Shown piece by piece: positions 1-12,465 of a DNA stretch of 64,000 nucleotides. The notes below the pieces were generated by a model that saw only the letters and a program-made list of their open reading frames with translations, searched no databases and was not told where the DNA came from. Source of the DNA: Trichosphaerium sp. ATCC 40318. Its lineage: Eukaryota; Protista; Tubulinea. The translations under genes were made by a program, and so were the position numbers. Location: contig JALMLS010000017.1 in NCBI GenBank assembly GCA_038496445.1, positions 186,001 through 250,000 on the forward strand, in the 5' to 3' direction. Position 1 is the first letter of the stretch. The number at the start of each line of letters is the position of its first letter.

Positions 1-413
1 TATGGTATGCTTCAAGAAGGTCATTAAGGAGCTTTTTGGTAATGGGTTTTCTTGTTGAACGATCATAGACGCCATACATTGAACGGTGCGTAGAGACTTT
101 AGTATATCATAGAATCTAACCAAACCAAGCTCATTCGAACCGCAGGACCTGATTCCAGTACCAACATTAAGGAAACTATATTGCAGGTATTATACAGACG
201 TTCGTGAGTACCAGACAAAGTTTTATTTTATTTTCGTTTGATATACATTAACCGACCTCCGTAGGCCTTAGTAATTGATGGATTCAGGTGGGACAACTTT
301 CATTAGGTGCGCAGCATGTTTTTACAGTAGACACAGAAAGCTCATGGAGATGGACGAATTTTACAGACGCCCATAGTAATGTAACTGTAGTGGACATTGT
401 CCAAAACTTGTAA
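1..413 (+). CDS. Possible 3' end of a spliced gene entering from the left edge (unknown product)
   Basis: GT..AG intron-like segments and an open frame VGQLSLGAQHVFTVDTESSWRWTNFTDAHSNVTVVDIVQNL* ending at 413, followed by AATAAA at ~432. Splicing could not be resolved unambiguously. Confidence 0.3.
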
Positions 414-414
414 C

Positions 415-1890
415 TCACAAACTGTGTATTAAATAAAGTGTATTTTCTGGAATTGCAGGTGTACCATAAGTAGGCATAAAGTGGTATATAAGAGTGGTAT
501 ATACCATGAAAAACTGGTATATAAAAGTGGTATATAACTGGTATATACCTAAAAAAAGTGGTATAAAAAAGTGGTATATTTTTTTTTTTCTGGTGAAAAA
601 AAGTGGTATATTTTCTGTTTTTATACCTGTTTTTTTTGGTATATTGTTGGTATATTTGGTCAATATACCACTTTTTTTGGTATATTTCGGTCAAAATATA
701 CCACTTTTTTTGGTATATACCATAAAAAACTGGTATAAAAAAGTGGTATAAAAGTGGTATATACCAAAAAAACTGGTATATTTTTTTAGACCTGTATAAA
801 ACATATTGTAAGCTCTTAAGTACTCAGCTTGACATTCCTGTCCAGAATAAATTAGCTTAGCACTTTTTTTTTTTGAAGTGTACTTGTGTCGTTTCAGTGC
901 TGACAAGAGAAGTCCATCTCAACCCTTGATACTTTTTTTTATCTTCCTTCCAAATGCCTTGTTTAAGAAATTCTTTTTCATATAAGCTGCTCCAAAAATA
1001 TTGACGCTTAGGCAGTACAGGAAAGCCTTCTTCCAGATGTGATAAAGTTACAACATGTCCTAGTATCTATGTCAAAATAACCTACGCATAGTTTACTTGC
1101 CTGTGCTCTTACATTTGTATGGAGAATCTGTTATCTCTATAAACTGTCCATTTTGAACTTTAACTGGACACAGTTTACGTAGTGTAGCTTTTAATCGCCT
1201 TGTATATGCATCAAGAGTTTTCTAAAAAATCCAATAAGTTTTGTTGTGGTAGTCAAAAAGCATACTGTCCATAGCCATGGCGCTACTCCTCTTATGACAA
1301 TGTTTATTATGTTATTATGGTATGACAACACAATGGTATTTTCATAAAAATCAGTCAATACAACCAAGTTTGAAAACCATTGAAACTCTTTGTTTCGGAA
1401 TTCTAGATTGCTTGTAAAAACAAAAAAATTGGTACTTTGACATACTTTGTAAGTGTTTCTGCAAATTGTTAAAAACACTTGTTGCAGGAGTGTATAATAA
1501 CCTTATCTTGTATGCCAAGAACTTTAACTTGTGACGCATTATCTCATATTTAGGAGGAAGTACCTTTAACAAAAGTAAACTCAGAATAACTTGGACTAAT
1601 TATTGTCATATGGGTTTTGTTTTTAAAGGTACCACTTTTTGAGAAGTCTTGGCTATTGTATCAACGACAGTTTTTGAAATATTGTTATCCATTGTGTGTA
1701 CATATGACAATAACTTCCAATTTGTTGATGACTTGTACAAACGAAATACTTGTGGCAAATCACCTTGTGCAGCTTGTGTTTGTTTAACTAATGTGATACT
1801 TTTCTTTTGTTGAGTCAACGGTGGAAAGTAAAACATATCAGCCTTAGGTAGTAGTGATATGATTAAATATCCTTCAGAACCATATATTGC
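415..1890 (-). CDS. Multi-exon hypothetical protein (start upstream of 1890 not resolved)
   Basis: Exons that join in a plausible frame: AIYGSEGYLIISLLPKADMFYFPPL..., VLPPKYEIMRHKLKFLAY..., NLEFRNKEFQWFSNLVVL...IRGVAPWLWT, GHVVTLSHLEEGFPVLPKRQYFW...TETTQ|ECQAEYLRAYNMFYT|ENTLYLIHSL*. Confidence 0.5.
456..794. repeat. Degenerate TGGTATA/TATACCA repeat array bounded by CAGGT...ACCTG; possible MITE/transposon remnant
   Basis: About 20 copies of TGGTATA in both orientations separated by A/T runs. Internal direct duplication (~494-580 vs ~711-787). 5-bp terminal inverted repeat at 456-460 and 790-794. No target-site duplication seen. Confidence 0.75.
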
Positions 1891-2017
1891 CTAACAATAA
1901 AAGTCAACCTCTTGCTTCAAAACGTGTACAATAGTTTTACAAAAATTACAAGATGGATGTGCCTTGAGTACTACATTAAAGCAGCGACCGGATGAAAGGA
2001 ATAGCGCATTCAGACCT

Positions 2018-2417
2018 ATGCAAAATGCTAAAAGTTTCAAAGCTAAAAAACGTGCTGAAAATGAGTTCAAGAGTAAGTTTTTTTTTTTCTCGCTTACTTG
2101 TTCACTTACGTTTTTGTAGCACACTTTTTTAGCTATGTAAAACTATTCCCTGCTGGTCTATCATTTGATGAACGAATAACTAAACAGCCTTGGAAGGTTG
2201 AAAGAAAGACAACTGGTACTTTAACAAATGACTTTTATAAAAACTAACTTAAAAAAAAGGTCGTTCTATTCGAGATAAAAAGCGTGGTCGCAAGCAACCA
2301 AAGAAAACCAATTTCAATCGATTGCAAAGGCGCCAGTATAAAGAAGCGGTGGGTAAAGTTAAACGTTCTGCTTTGCGATCTGAAGGTAGTAAAGCAAAGA
2401 AAGCTTACGCCCTATAA
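2018..2417 (+). CDS. Small, very basic 3-exon protein (missed by the ORF track)
   Basis: MQNAKSFKAKKRAENEFK|THFFSYVKLFPAGLSFDERITKQPWKVERKTT|GRSIRDKKRGRKQPKKTNFNRLQRRQYKEAVGKVKRSALRSEGSKAKKAYAL*. Introns ~2073-2119 and 2216-2259 keep frame; the start could lie further upstream. Confidence 0.6.
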
Positions 2418-2541
2418 TTGTATTTTAAACTAATAAACCTGTCGCTTAAAAAACCAAGTGTTTGCAAGATTTTGGGCCAGCCCTCAACTGTAAACAACCT
2501 GCCACGTGCTGGATTAGTATCAAACAGAGCTCTACATATAT

Positions 2542-5500
2542 ATGGGCCGTTCGTTGTTGAAGAAACAGTACTTTGTTAAGTCGGACCATGTGACCAAGAA
2601 AATTCCATGAAATTGCAAAACAACAGTCAAAGGAGGTACAAGATTCTTTGTTGATAAATGGGCAGCTGTCACCTATAATGCGTTAAGTAGCGAAGTATGT
2701 CATCACCACAACGAAATAAGCGTACTATTGAGGCAAATGCCTTACAAAACATTCCATTGCGATTTGTCTTTGATGAAGAGCTTATTGGTGGTGACTCGTC
2801 CTCTGAGTTATCTTTGGCGTGGTTTTGGTCAGCGCACAGCATTTACATATTCGACGCCTACCGCTATGAGCTTATTCAAAGCCATCGCTTTGAGGAGGAG
2901 GTACAGCGAAAAAAATTCAATTTTTAATTTATTTGGCGGTAACTGAGCGAATAACAGATTACTTGCGCCACAGCGAGCTACAAATACATCGTGGTGGGTG
3001 TTTGCACCACTTCAGGGTAAATACACTGTAAAAATCAGAAAAACCTAACACCAATACCAGAAATCTACCCGGTGGATCATTACTTATCATTTCACACAAC
3101 ACATCAAAGCTTGTATCGCGTATTCGTCTTCCTGTACCACCAACTACTTTGATGCCATTAGTACGTTATTTTCTACGCGGTTACGCGTACTAGACTATTT
3201 TTCTAAGCGTTTAAATAAAATAGGGAGATTCATTACACTTGGACGGATTAAAATTCTTAAAACAGATGCAATGCCCAATGGCCGTTGGAACACATCACGG
3301 GCATACTATTATAATTGACATTGACGTTGTACCCGGAAAATCCCTTAACGAATCTCTTATAATCAACTGGGACACTAGCAATGCTGCTTACCCTGGAAAT
3401 GCGCTTGGTAAACATTGCTACGTGGACGTATCGAAGTATTCTGTTGCGCAGCCAGGCCGTTTTCTTTATGGAAGAACTGATGGCACTGTAAAAGATATAA
3501 CACATCAAACTTGGGTAACGTGTATATACCCTATGCCAGAGAGCGGTTACCTGGCTATTGGATACTCATTTGGTGGTGTACACGTTTACAACGCGTTTAC
3601 TAGTGAAGTTGTATTTGCGTTGGATTACAAAGGTACGTTGAATTATAAATGACATTTTTGGCTTCGATAAGAAAACAATTGTTTTAAGTTTTATGTCGTT
3701 ATGAAGATTGTAACTAATCTCGTATTTTTAATAGACATTGGTTCTGTTCAAAGCATAAGCTATACAAAACCTTCAAAGACAGTTCTAAGTACAGGACTTT
3801 TCTTTGTTCTAAAAGTATCAGAACCTTTAGATTTAAACAAAAAGTAAGTGTTTGTTTTTTTTTGTATTGTTGGATAGTTTTTTTTTTGGTCCAACTACTT
3901 ACTTATCGATTTTTTTTTTACAGATCTTGTGCTTTGTTAGAGATATTCAAGAGCGTCAATACAGGAAATGCAACTCATTTTCTAGATTCAGGAATGGGAA
4001 GCCTAGTATTGAAGACATACGAGAAGGCGAGCGGACAGATCTTAAGTAGCTTGACTTACAGTGGTGCTTTTATTGTTATTACACTTGCTGAACATCAAGA
4101 TGCCCTCCGTAAACCTCAGATACATTATTGCTTTCTAAACGATCTGGAACGCGTTCTTGTAGACCTAGAAGCAAATGTACTGTCTACACGAAGTGCAAAA
4201 AGTAGTAGCATGTTCGGTAGCTTATTCTCAGAGACTACTATGGCAATGCCAACTATAACATCACGGATAGTTGTAAGAAACCTTTTTTATACTACTGTTT
4301 GTTTTACAAAGATGACACTTATTAGATATCTAATGTGGCTAATTCTGCTGGCACAGAGTTTCCTCATTGTCATATTATATCTGCACGTGCAGTAAGCGTA
4401 ATGGAATTCTCTTCAACTGCTTGGAGAACTCTTGCTGATCTCGGAAGATATGGGGCTATATCCTCTGTTGAAAATGGTAATTTTGGAGGCCTTGTGGAGC
4501 GATTACAGAAAGACTGGGGGTTATATGCGCCTGAAGGCACTTTAGATCGTGGATTTTTCTTTTCGTTGTTCGACCTAGCTCTAGAACAATCGTTACTAGC
4601 CTCGCTCTCAGACTGTATCTTTTTTGGTTTTTTTTCGTATTGTAGTCTAATTTATTATTTTCTTCTTGACATTACAAAGACGTTATTAGCGTTGAAAAAG
4701 ATGAAAATTTTATGGAAGATGGCAACTTAGTACCTATATACTGCCTTACGAACCCAGACATGATTTTGGATTGGGCTTGGAGAAAGTTTAATACAATAAC
4801 TCAAGACGTTGACAGACTAAGTAAATTTTATTTATTTATTTTTGTTAAACTCTTTTTTTTGACATGTGATTCTGTAGTTGAAACCAGTTTGGGTGGTGGG
4901 CATGGAAGTAAACAAAGAGCCTTGGAAATCGGTCACAAACATGTTGTGCACCTTGTAGATATAAACAACCTGTTCCAAGTCCTCATTGACCGTCAAGACA
5001 TTACCGAAAAAGGTCGTGCTTCTCTAGAGCAAAAACGTGAGCATGCACTTGCTGTGTCCCAGGTACTGTCTTTACTTTTTTAGCCTTAAGTTCACTAAAA
5101 TCTTGATTTAGTTGCTTGAACTTGTATTATGGATTATTGACAATAACATTGATGTATCTATGGATGCCTTTGCACGTGTCAGGAAGAATACTGATAACCA
5201 GAGAAATTGTAGGGAGTCAGCAAACAGCGAAATGAAAAGCCTTCGTCCAACGACAATTTCTTTTGAGCCTGCACTCTTTATAGATACACTTGCCAGAAAC
5301 TTATCTAGTGAGACTGGTATGAGTGGTATCTCGAGGTATCCACCAAGAGACTTATTGGAGCTAATCACTGGATTGTTTAAAAACCGACCTGATTTATTGC
5401 AATACAAACATACATACTTTTTGTATTTCCTCATAGATTTACAACGTACTTCATCGACTGGTGTGACTTATCAGCATATTTTATCGTATAAAGAGACTTT

Positions 5501-7890
5501 TTTGATGACTGATGATAACTTCCATCTCGTCAAAGCGTTACGGATGTTTGACAATCAACATTTTTCGGTAAGTTGTTTAAGCCCCAAAAAAAAAAGTACT
5601 TTGTTTTTTGTTTTATTCATTTTTCTGTTTCTCTTTTAGGCAGCAGTTACATGTTTGGCTTGTGCTAAAGTACACCCTGTATGGCCTTTGGATCAAATTT
5701 TATTACTACTCTATGATTTCAAGAGACGTTCAGAAGCAGTTATGTTTATTTGGCATCATTTTAATGGTACGTTTTCTACTTGTTTCCATGAGCCAATACA
5801 GTGTTTTCTGATATTTTTAAACAGATTTAATGACGTCTGAGTCATCAGTCCTTCTCATATTCGATATACTCCTAAAAAGCGACAAATTGTTCCCTTTGGC
5901 GTTCACTTTATTGCGTTCATTGAAGCATAGCGGAGACAACAAGAAAATGGCAAACATGGGCTCTGAACAGGCTGAAATGCTACATCGCACCTTTTTTCAA
6001 AAAGCAAACGATCATAACCGTATTGAAGAAGTATTAGCCCTTCCTTTCAACCATGAAGAAGAAGCCTACTTATTAAATCAACTATCTGGAAAATCAAGAG
6101 AAGATGATTTATTATTTACATTCTTGTTTCATTTATCACGTTCAAGGCTTGGTGAAGCAAAAGCTCTTGCTAGTAAAATGAAACGTGTTTGCGCTACATC
6201 TAAAAACCCAAACATTAGTCAAGCGATACTACTCATTGACACATTATTTCCAGATGGCACAGAAATGGTACGACACCGTCTTCCACCGCATGTCTTTCTT
6301 TTTTTTTTGCAACTACCAAAAAATACTAACTTTCTTGTTCTTTTGTAAAGCACCTTGACGAGCCAATGCCATTAGTTGTTGAGTACGGAAACTTGAGGTA
6401 TATTTGATTATGTTATTAACGCATTTGTAGGTCTTCTATGGAGTCACCAAGAAGCTCTCGTAAACGTTCAAGTGCTGTATTTCGTGCACCTGAACCAACT
6501 TGGAGTCCTTTCAAGCCAAATCATGGTACAACCACACCTTTCAAATTACCAGGTGGTTTCCGTACACCTAGGACACCAAGAACAGGTAGTAAGAAAAAGG
6601 GACGGGTGAAGCAATCTCCACTTGTTGCTATACGCGATTCTCTAAGATCTTATCGTAACGTTCAATCACCTGCTAAGCCTGTTGATATTAAACAATTACC
6701 TGGTAGCGTCACTCCACGTAATAGCTTCCAAGAACCAAGAAGCTCTGTAAAATTAAGCCAAGGGTCAAGAGTATCATTGAGTAGCACGAAGAAGAAGGAT
6801 GGTAAATCAGAGTTAATGGAAGTTGATGCTGTAACAAAGTTAACTTTCGAAGATAATGATATGAATGATCGTAATATTATGGGTGATGATGAAGAAGAGG
6901 GTAATGAAGGTGATACAGGTAATTTACATAATGACGGACTTGGTCAAGCATTGTATGTTCTACCTGGTGATAGTCCTTCTCCTAAAGGTAAAAGTCGTCA
7001 CAGGAAACGTGGATTCTCTGAGACTCAGAGGAATATTATCTTACAAGACATTGATGATTTTACTGCACAACAAGATAAGGGAGATAAAAGTAAAGAAGCT
7101 TTCTCTCTTAGTGAAAATACACCTCAAGAGGACCTTATTAATGATGGTGAAGATTTGATAGATGGTCCAGATGATTTGATAGGAGAACCAGAAGATGATG
7201 TTATGGATGACGTTCAGGAAGGAGGTGATTTGATGGATACACAAGATGACTTCCAAGACGCAAACTCAGCGCTTGGTGATGCTGAAGAGGGTAATGATAT
7301 GATTATTCAGGATGCTGAAGGCGACGATGAAGCCTTTGCAGATGCTCGTAGTAACCTGACTGACAACGATATTAAACTTACTGACTTGGCTTCTGACGAT
7401 GAAGTTGACGCCAGAAGTGACGCTGAAGGAGACGCTCAGGATAGTGTTGATAATGGCGAAGTTAAAGAAGACAGTGAAGATGCTATTGAAATAAAAGACA
7501 GTGGAGACGAAGCTGATGAAAACAGCGAGTCAAAAGGAGCTTCACTGGATGAGAATGCTGTATACAACGACATTGATCTTGGTATGTCTGAAGAAGATGT
7601 AAACGAACCAGCTGAATCAAAAGATGAAGCTGTGAACAAAAAAGAGCCTGAGATTGAAGAAGAAGATAAGGAAGAGCCAGAGGTAGTGGATGAACCTGAG
7701 GATATTCTTCGTACACCTAGAAGAAGCCAGAGATTGAGAACTGTACCTAAAACAAGTACGCTTAGTTTTTTTTACTTGAAGGACTTTTTTCTGACTTTTT
7801 GTTAAAGACTATGCCTTGTTGTCTACTGGGAAAAAGTTACGTAGAGGTAAATCTTCAAGAGGAGGGACCGATAGCCCTTCAACTTTCTAG
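2542..7890 (+). CDS. ELYS/AHCTF1-like nucleoporin
   Basis: N-terminal beta-propeller-like exons. Helical ELYS-domain motifs (FLMTDDNFHLVKALRMFDNQHF; EEVLALPFNHEEEAYLLNQL; FHLSRSRLGEA). Long acidic, SP/TP-rich disordered tail ending in basic RTPRRSQRLR. Start approximate. Confidence 0.75.
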
Positions 7891-8131
7891 AAGGCGTCTG
7901 AAAAGAAAAAAAAAATTTCAAATAAACTGTACCATTCAGATAAAATATGTCTTCATCTTTCAAACCAACTTTCCGGATTTCGGGTTTTGCTAGCAATTAG
8001 TCATTACCAGTCAAATTTTATTTGTTTGTTACCCGATCCTACAGTGAAATGTCTCTTTGGTACGTATTTTTATTGATAAAAAGTGTATGTAGAAGGCGTT
8101 GTTTACCCGAAAACCAGCTAGCCCAAAAGCA

Positions 8132-9556
8132 ATGTTGGGTTTTTATAAAATACGGGCTAATACAGTTCTACAGTAGCACGGCAAGCTTCCTACAGCTAGC
8201 GATAATTTATTGGTTTGTGTTGTTAGCCAACGCACAACGTACGGAGAGAAAACAAGGTCATTGTGAGTACTCACATATTTAGAGGAACAAAACGTTACAA
8301 GTTTGCCTGTAGTCTGGTTCACGCAAATTTTACGTGTTGATCTGAGAGCAATAGACTTGGAGGGAAATGGTCAAAAACTGCACTTAAATGTCAAAACAGA
8401 AGGCGCTGTACGTACTGTACTCTTTTTTCCCTTTGACCAAATGTTGGTCAATGGGCACGTGCAATAATACTCTTTTTGAAGTCATCTAACCTCATTTGTA
8501 GTTTGTGAGCGAGTATGATGTTTATGCTAGATACGATGCAATGGTAAACTACAGCACTTCTGATTTTGATACAAAGTGGACTGCTGAGCAAGTTTCTACG
8601 CTCGTAGTAACACTTGATGAAGAAGTAGATGTACGTGTCAATAAAGCAAGTTATAGTGATCTAAAACATCTGTAGTGGTGTAACTCGTTGATGAAGAAAG
8701 CTGATGTGATGTATCTTCAACACACGAGAATGGGTTTTGGTCCATTTCTCAACACCAGTTCGTATTTTTTTCCTGTTTTTTTCAAGGTCAAGGACTCATT
8801 TTTCGTTGCGTTGTAGAAGAGAGTAATTACAATACATCTAATGTAGTTGATCCAAATGGCGATGGTTTATTACTAGCTAATGATTGTCGTGCATCAAAAT
8901 ATTTTTGGATAAGAGACATACCAACAAAGGATAATTTTGAAATGAAGTTTATTCACAAAGTACAGTTTAAGCATGTTGCAAGAACATTCGATCTTAAGAT
9001 ATACAAAGATGGCTGTGAAGGAAATTATACACAGACACGCATGAGTACACTTGATAGCTCATTTTTTGCAGACAAAGGTATTAAATATTTAGCTATACTA
9101 TCAAGCCGCTTCGCTTTTTTGACTTACTTTTTTTTCAAGGTGACAACGATTGGTTCGTTGAAATCTTTCCTGCTGACAATGGTGAATTTTTTTGTAGTAC
9201 AAGAAGCTTGACTGTGTCTTTTTCTTGCGATGGAGAGCGGTGTGATAAACCCTCTTCAAGCTTAGTAGGTACATCTGAGAGAAAAAATTGAAAAAAAAAA
9301 TTAAACCAAGTTGTAGCTGTGAGTCTAGGAGGCGCGCTGGGAGCTTTTTCTCTTGTAATTTTAATGATAATAATTGCGATTGTATTATACTTGTTTGTTT
9401 TCAAGGTACAATTCTTAAAAAAACAAGAAAAAAAGTTTTAACCACTGTCTTAGTCTTCATCGTCTGGAGGAGCAATTGAAGACAATACCATGAGGAGAGA
9501 TGCTGAAATGGAGGTAGCCAATGAAGAAATAGTAGAAGAGAGCCCATACGTCTAAG
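8132..9556 (+). CDS. Single-pass (type I-like) membrane protein, unknown function
   Basis: Spliced exons with several N-glycosylation sequons and Cys, a TM segment SLGGALGAFSLVILMIIIAIVLYLFVF, and a tail ending EESPYV* at 9556. 5' end uncertain. Confidence 0.6.
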
Positions 9557-9612
9557 AATGCTGTCTGTTATAATATTTATAAAACAAGTACAATCATTAA
9601 CAACAGAGAAGT

Positions 9613-11650
9613 TTATTTTTCTATTTGCGCTTTATAGGTATCTGGATCTTTCCACGTTGGCGATAACCAATAACTAAAATCCCATACAACCACACCGCTA
9701 TTTAGTGCTGCAGTAGCTAAACGAGCATTAGTTAAGTCGAGGAAAACCCGCGTTAAGTTTGAATGAATAACTTACCATCCCAACCCTTTACACCACCAAT
9801 AAAGTAATATTTACCTTTGCCTATAGGTGTGCATGTACCCAGACACAATTCTAAAGGCACCATTAGAATCTAAGCGCTACAAGCAAAGGTTTAACTTACG
9901 TTTAGAATTAAATCCTTTGATCCAAACCAAAGTATCCAAGTCAAGAAACCAAACATCATCAAGTATAAATACACTAGTAGATTGTCCTTTTTCAACTTTA
10001 TGATAAGCACCTCCATAAATGACAAAGTATTCATTGATCAAAAATGAAACACTTTGACACCTACACCAACATCAAAATAAAGAACAAAAAGCTCAAACTT
10101 CGCTGTTAAGTTGGGTTTTTTCGAAAATAAAAGATTTAGGTTCTGTTTGACAGACTGCTCACCTAGGTGACGGAGGGCTCGTGTTTGTTGTGATATGAGT
10201 CCAATGCCAATTTTCTAAGTCTAGAACATGGAGATCGTTAAAAAAAGTGGTTTCTAGCCAGTTCATTTTCCCTTGTTTATCTGGTGCTAAATTATGCCAT
10301 CCACCAAACACATAGAGTTTGTTTTTATAGATCTGTCCCGATGCCGCGTATCTTGGAGAAGGTACGTGACCACTTGTATCTAAAAACAATTATTATATTA
10401 TTACAATATGGCGAAGAAGAGTCACCCCTCATCCTCATATGAACGTAAAGAAATTTACCTATTTTTTTCCATTGAAGTGTTTTTGTATTCAGGAGCCATG
10501 TATCATTAAACACTTCACCTCTACAGTCTCTACCAGCAAATACTAATATATTATCATCTTCAGTTAGTAGTGTGATAGAAGCCATTCTGGCACACGGGGA
10601 GTCTACTTAGGAATTAGTAAAGTGCCTTTGTTTTTCAGGAAATTATATCTCTTTGTCACAAAATCGAAGAACCATGATAAAAGTCACTCACCTTGCTCTG
10701 CTAGTTTCAAATTCGCCCAAGCACAAGCATCTGGGTCATACGTCTTTATATCAGTGCTTTTATGAGCCTCAGCACGACCACCTGAGTTGATCATTAGCGA
10801 CACATACTCTTAAAAAACAAGAAGTATTAAATACCACCAAACAGCCACATTTTGCCATCTATAGCTAGAGCCGAATGTTGCCACCGAGACTTTGCCCATA
10901 AAAGTTCCTGTATGAAACGTTAAGAGGTATGTACGTTTGATTTATAGTAGAGGTTTTCATACTTGGTTAGGCGCTTGTAGATCCGTGGCGTACTCAAACG
11001 GAAGACCAGCCCATGTGATTTGACCATCTGTAAATGGGATTCAGTTAAGTCATCCTAAAGAACTAAAAAAACACATTTGACATACCAGCTTCCATCAATA
11101 AATAGTTTAGCTCATTGGTATACGTACTGAAAAGAGCATAAGAGGCAAGAAATAAAAAAAACGTTTTTCTTTCCGCAAAAGTGTCGCTTGTGACAACTTT
11201 TCTTGGGTGTTTGTGTTGCCAACAATGCGTACGTATCATCTTCAGCTATCATACCGCCAAATGTCAATATTAGGTCTTCAGTAGGAGAGTGGTTCGGAAA
11301 GTAACAGGCAGAGTGACCTGCATTACCAATAGGCTGGTCATCATCTTGTATTGTACGAATAGACAAGAAATTAGGGTATTTTATCAGCTTGTAACCACGA
11401 TTGACTTTGCGACGCCAATTGCATACCTACAACAGTTTTTAAGTCCTTCACACGCGCAAGTATCCTTTTAGCGTACTTTTCTCGATGTTATAGTGGTTTT
11501 GTGTAGAGAACAGTACAATGCCTTCCAAACAGACTGAGATTCACTACAAACGCGAAAATGATGATTAACAATAGTACAAGTCATGATATCGCTGACATCT
11601 AGAAATTCCAACACATAAATTAGCACATCCGTCTCTAAAACAATCTCCAT
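9613..11650 (-). CDS. F-box + Kelch-repeat protein
   Basis: N-terminal F-box (LETDVLIYVLEFLDVSDIMTCTIVNHHFRVCSESQSVW). Kelch blades (GHSAC..ILTFGG; ILVFAG..FNDTWLLNTKTLQW; PSPR..LYVFGG..FNDLHVLDLENWHW). Confidence 0.9.
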
Positions 11651-11800
11651 ATGATATTGTTTATGTGCGCGCTGCGCTAGAGCGTTTTAGTCAGAATAAC
11701 AGGCAAGAACACCCTTGACCACTCGAACTCAGTCATTTCACATAATAGGTTTCCTCGTTACGCCTTACCAAACCACAATTGTGTTTATCTTGCATTGGTC

Positions 11801-12208
11801 ATGGGTTTACTATTCTCTAAGCCCATAGACATTGCGCATGAGTTAATGTATCTAACTGATGGTGGCCAAGGCGCCGTTTATGCTATATATAACCAAGAAA
11901 ACCCTTTACCAGATTTTGTACATGCATTTGTAAAACAGGGGGTAAATACTACTAGCTTTCGTACAGCTTCCTATGACGCCACAACAGCGATAGATGGATG
12001 GGAAAAGAAGTGCAGAATGTATGGTATTCCAGAGAAGCTAAGTTTACCAATCATTGTATTTTGTGGCACTGGAAGATTTTGCGCACCTATTGATAACTTG
12101 CAAGGCACCGACGTAACTGAGGAACGCTTTAAATCTGACTTAAACAAGCATTACGAGAACCTACGCAAAGATATTAAAGTCACACTATCTAAATGGTTCG
12201 ACGTATAA
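11801..12208 (+). CDS. Intronless small protein with probable N-myristoylation site
   Basis: 135-aa ORF starting MGLLFSK (MGxxxS); AATAAA shortly after the stop. Confidence 0.7.
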   Translation: MGLLFSKPIDIAHELMYLTDGGQGAVYAIYNQENPLPDFVHAFVKQGVNTTSFRTASYDATTAIDGWEKKCRMYGIPEKLSLPIIVFCGTGRFCAPIDNLQGTDVTEERFKSDLNKHYENLRKDIKVTLSKWFDV

Positions 12209-12465
12209 GGCAGTACTTGCGACTTGGTGCCAACAAGTGTTTCTTTTTTTTTTTCATCTATCAATAAAATTATTTGTTCACTGTATACCGTTACTTGATA
12301 ATGAATGAACCTATACTAATAGTGACTACCTCTATTAATCAAGTTCGAGCACACTGAGACTGACGGATTGTTGTTTGTACTGTCAGTCTTGGCATCACAA
12401 TATTTTTAATAGTCAACTTAAAATTTGACGCACAACGAACACTCTCTACTTTTCATCTTCCCAAC

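Noticed and set aside
284-906. Tyr/Ile/Lys-rich ORFs on both strands, and a possible CRISPR-like or telomeric array
   Set aside because: The ORFs are translations of the TGGTATA array. The units are irregular with no unique spacers, and the context is an internal eukaryotic locus.
800-1890. Faint resemblance to the COR domain of Roco proteins
   Set aside because: No Roc GTPase motifs, and the similarity is too weak to call by eye.
8178-8240. ACG followed by a signal-peptide-like ASFLQLAIIYWFVLLANA
   Set aside because: An in-frame ATG (8049) and alternative spliced starts exist, so a non-AUG start cannot be supported from sequence alone.
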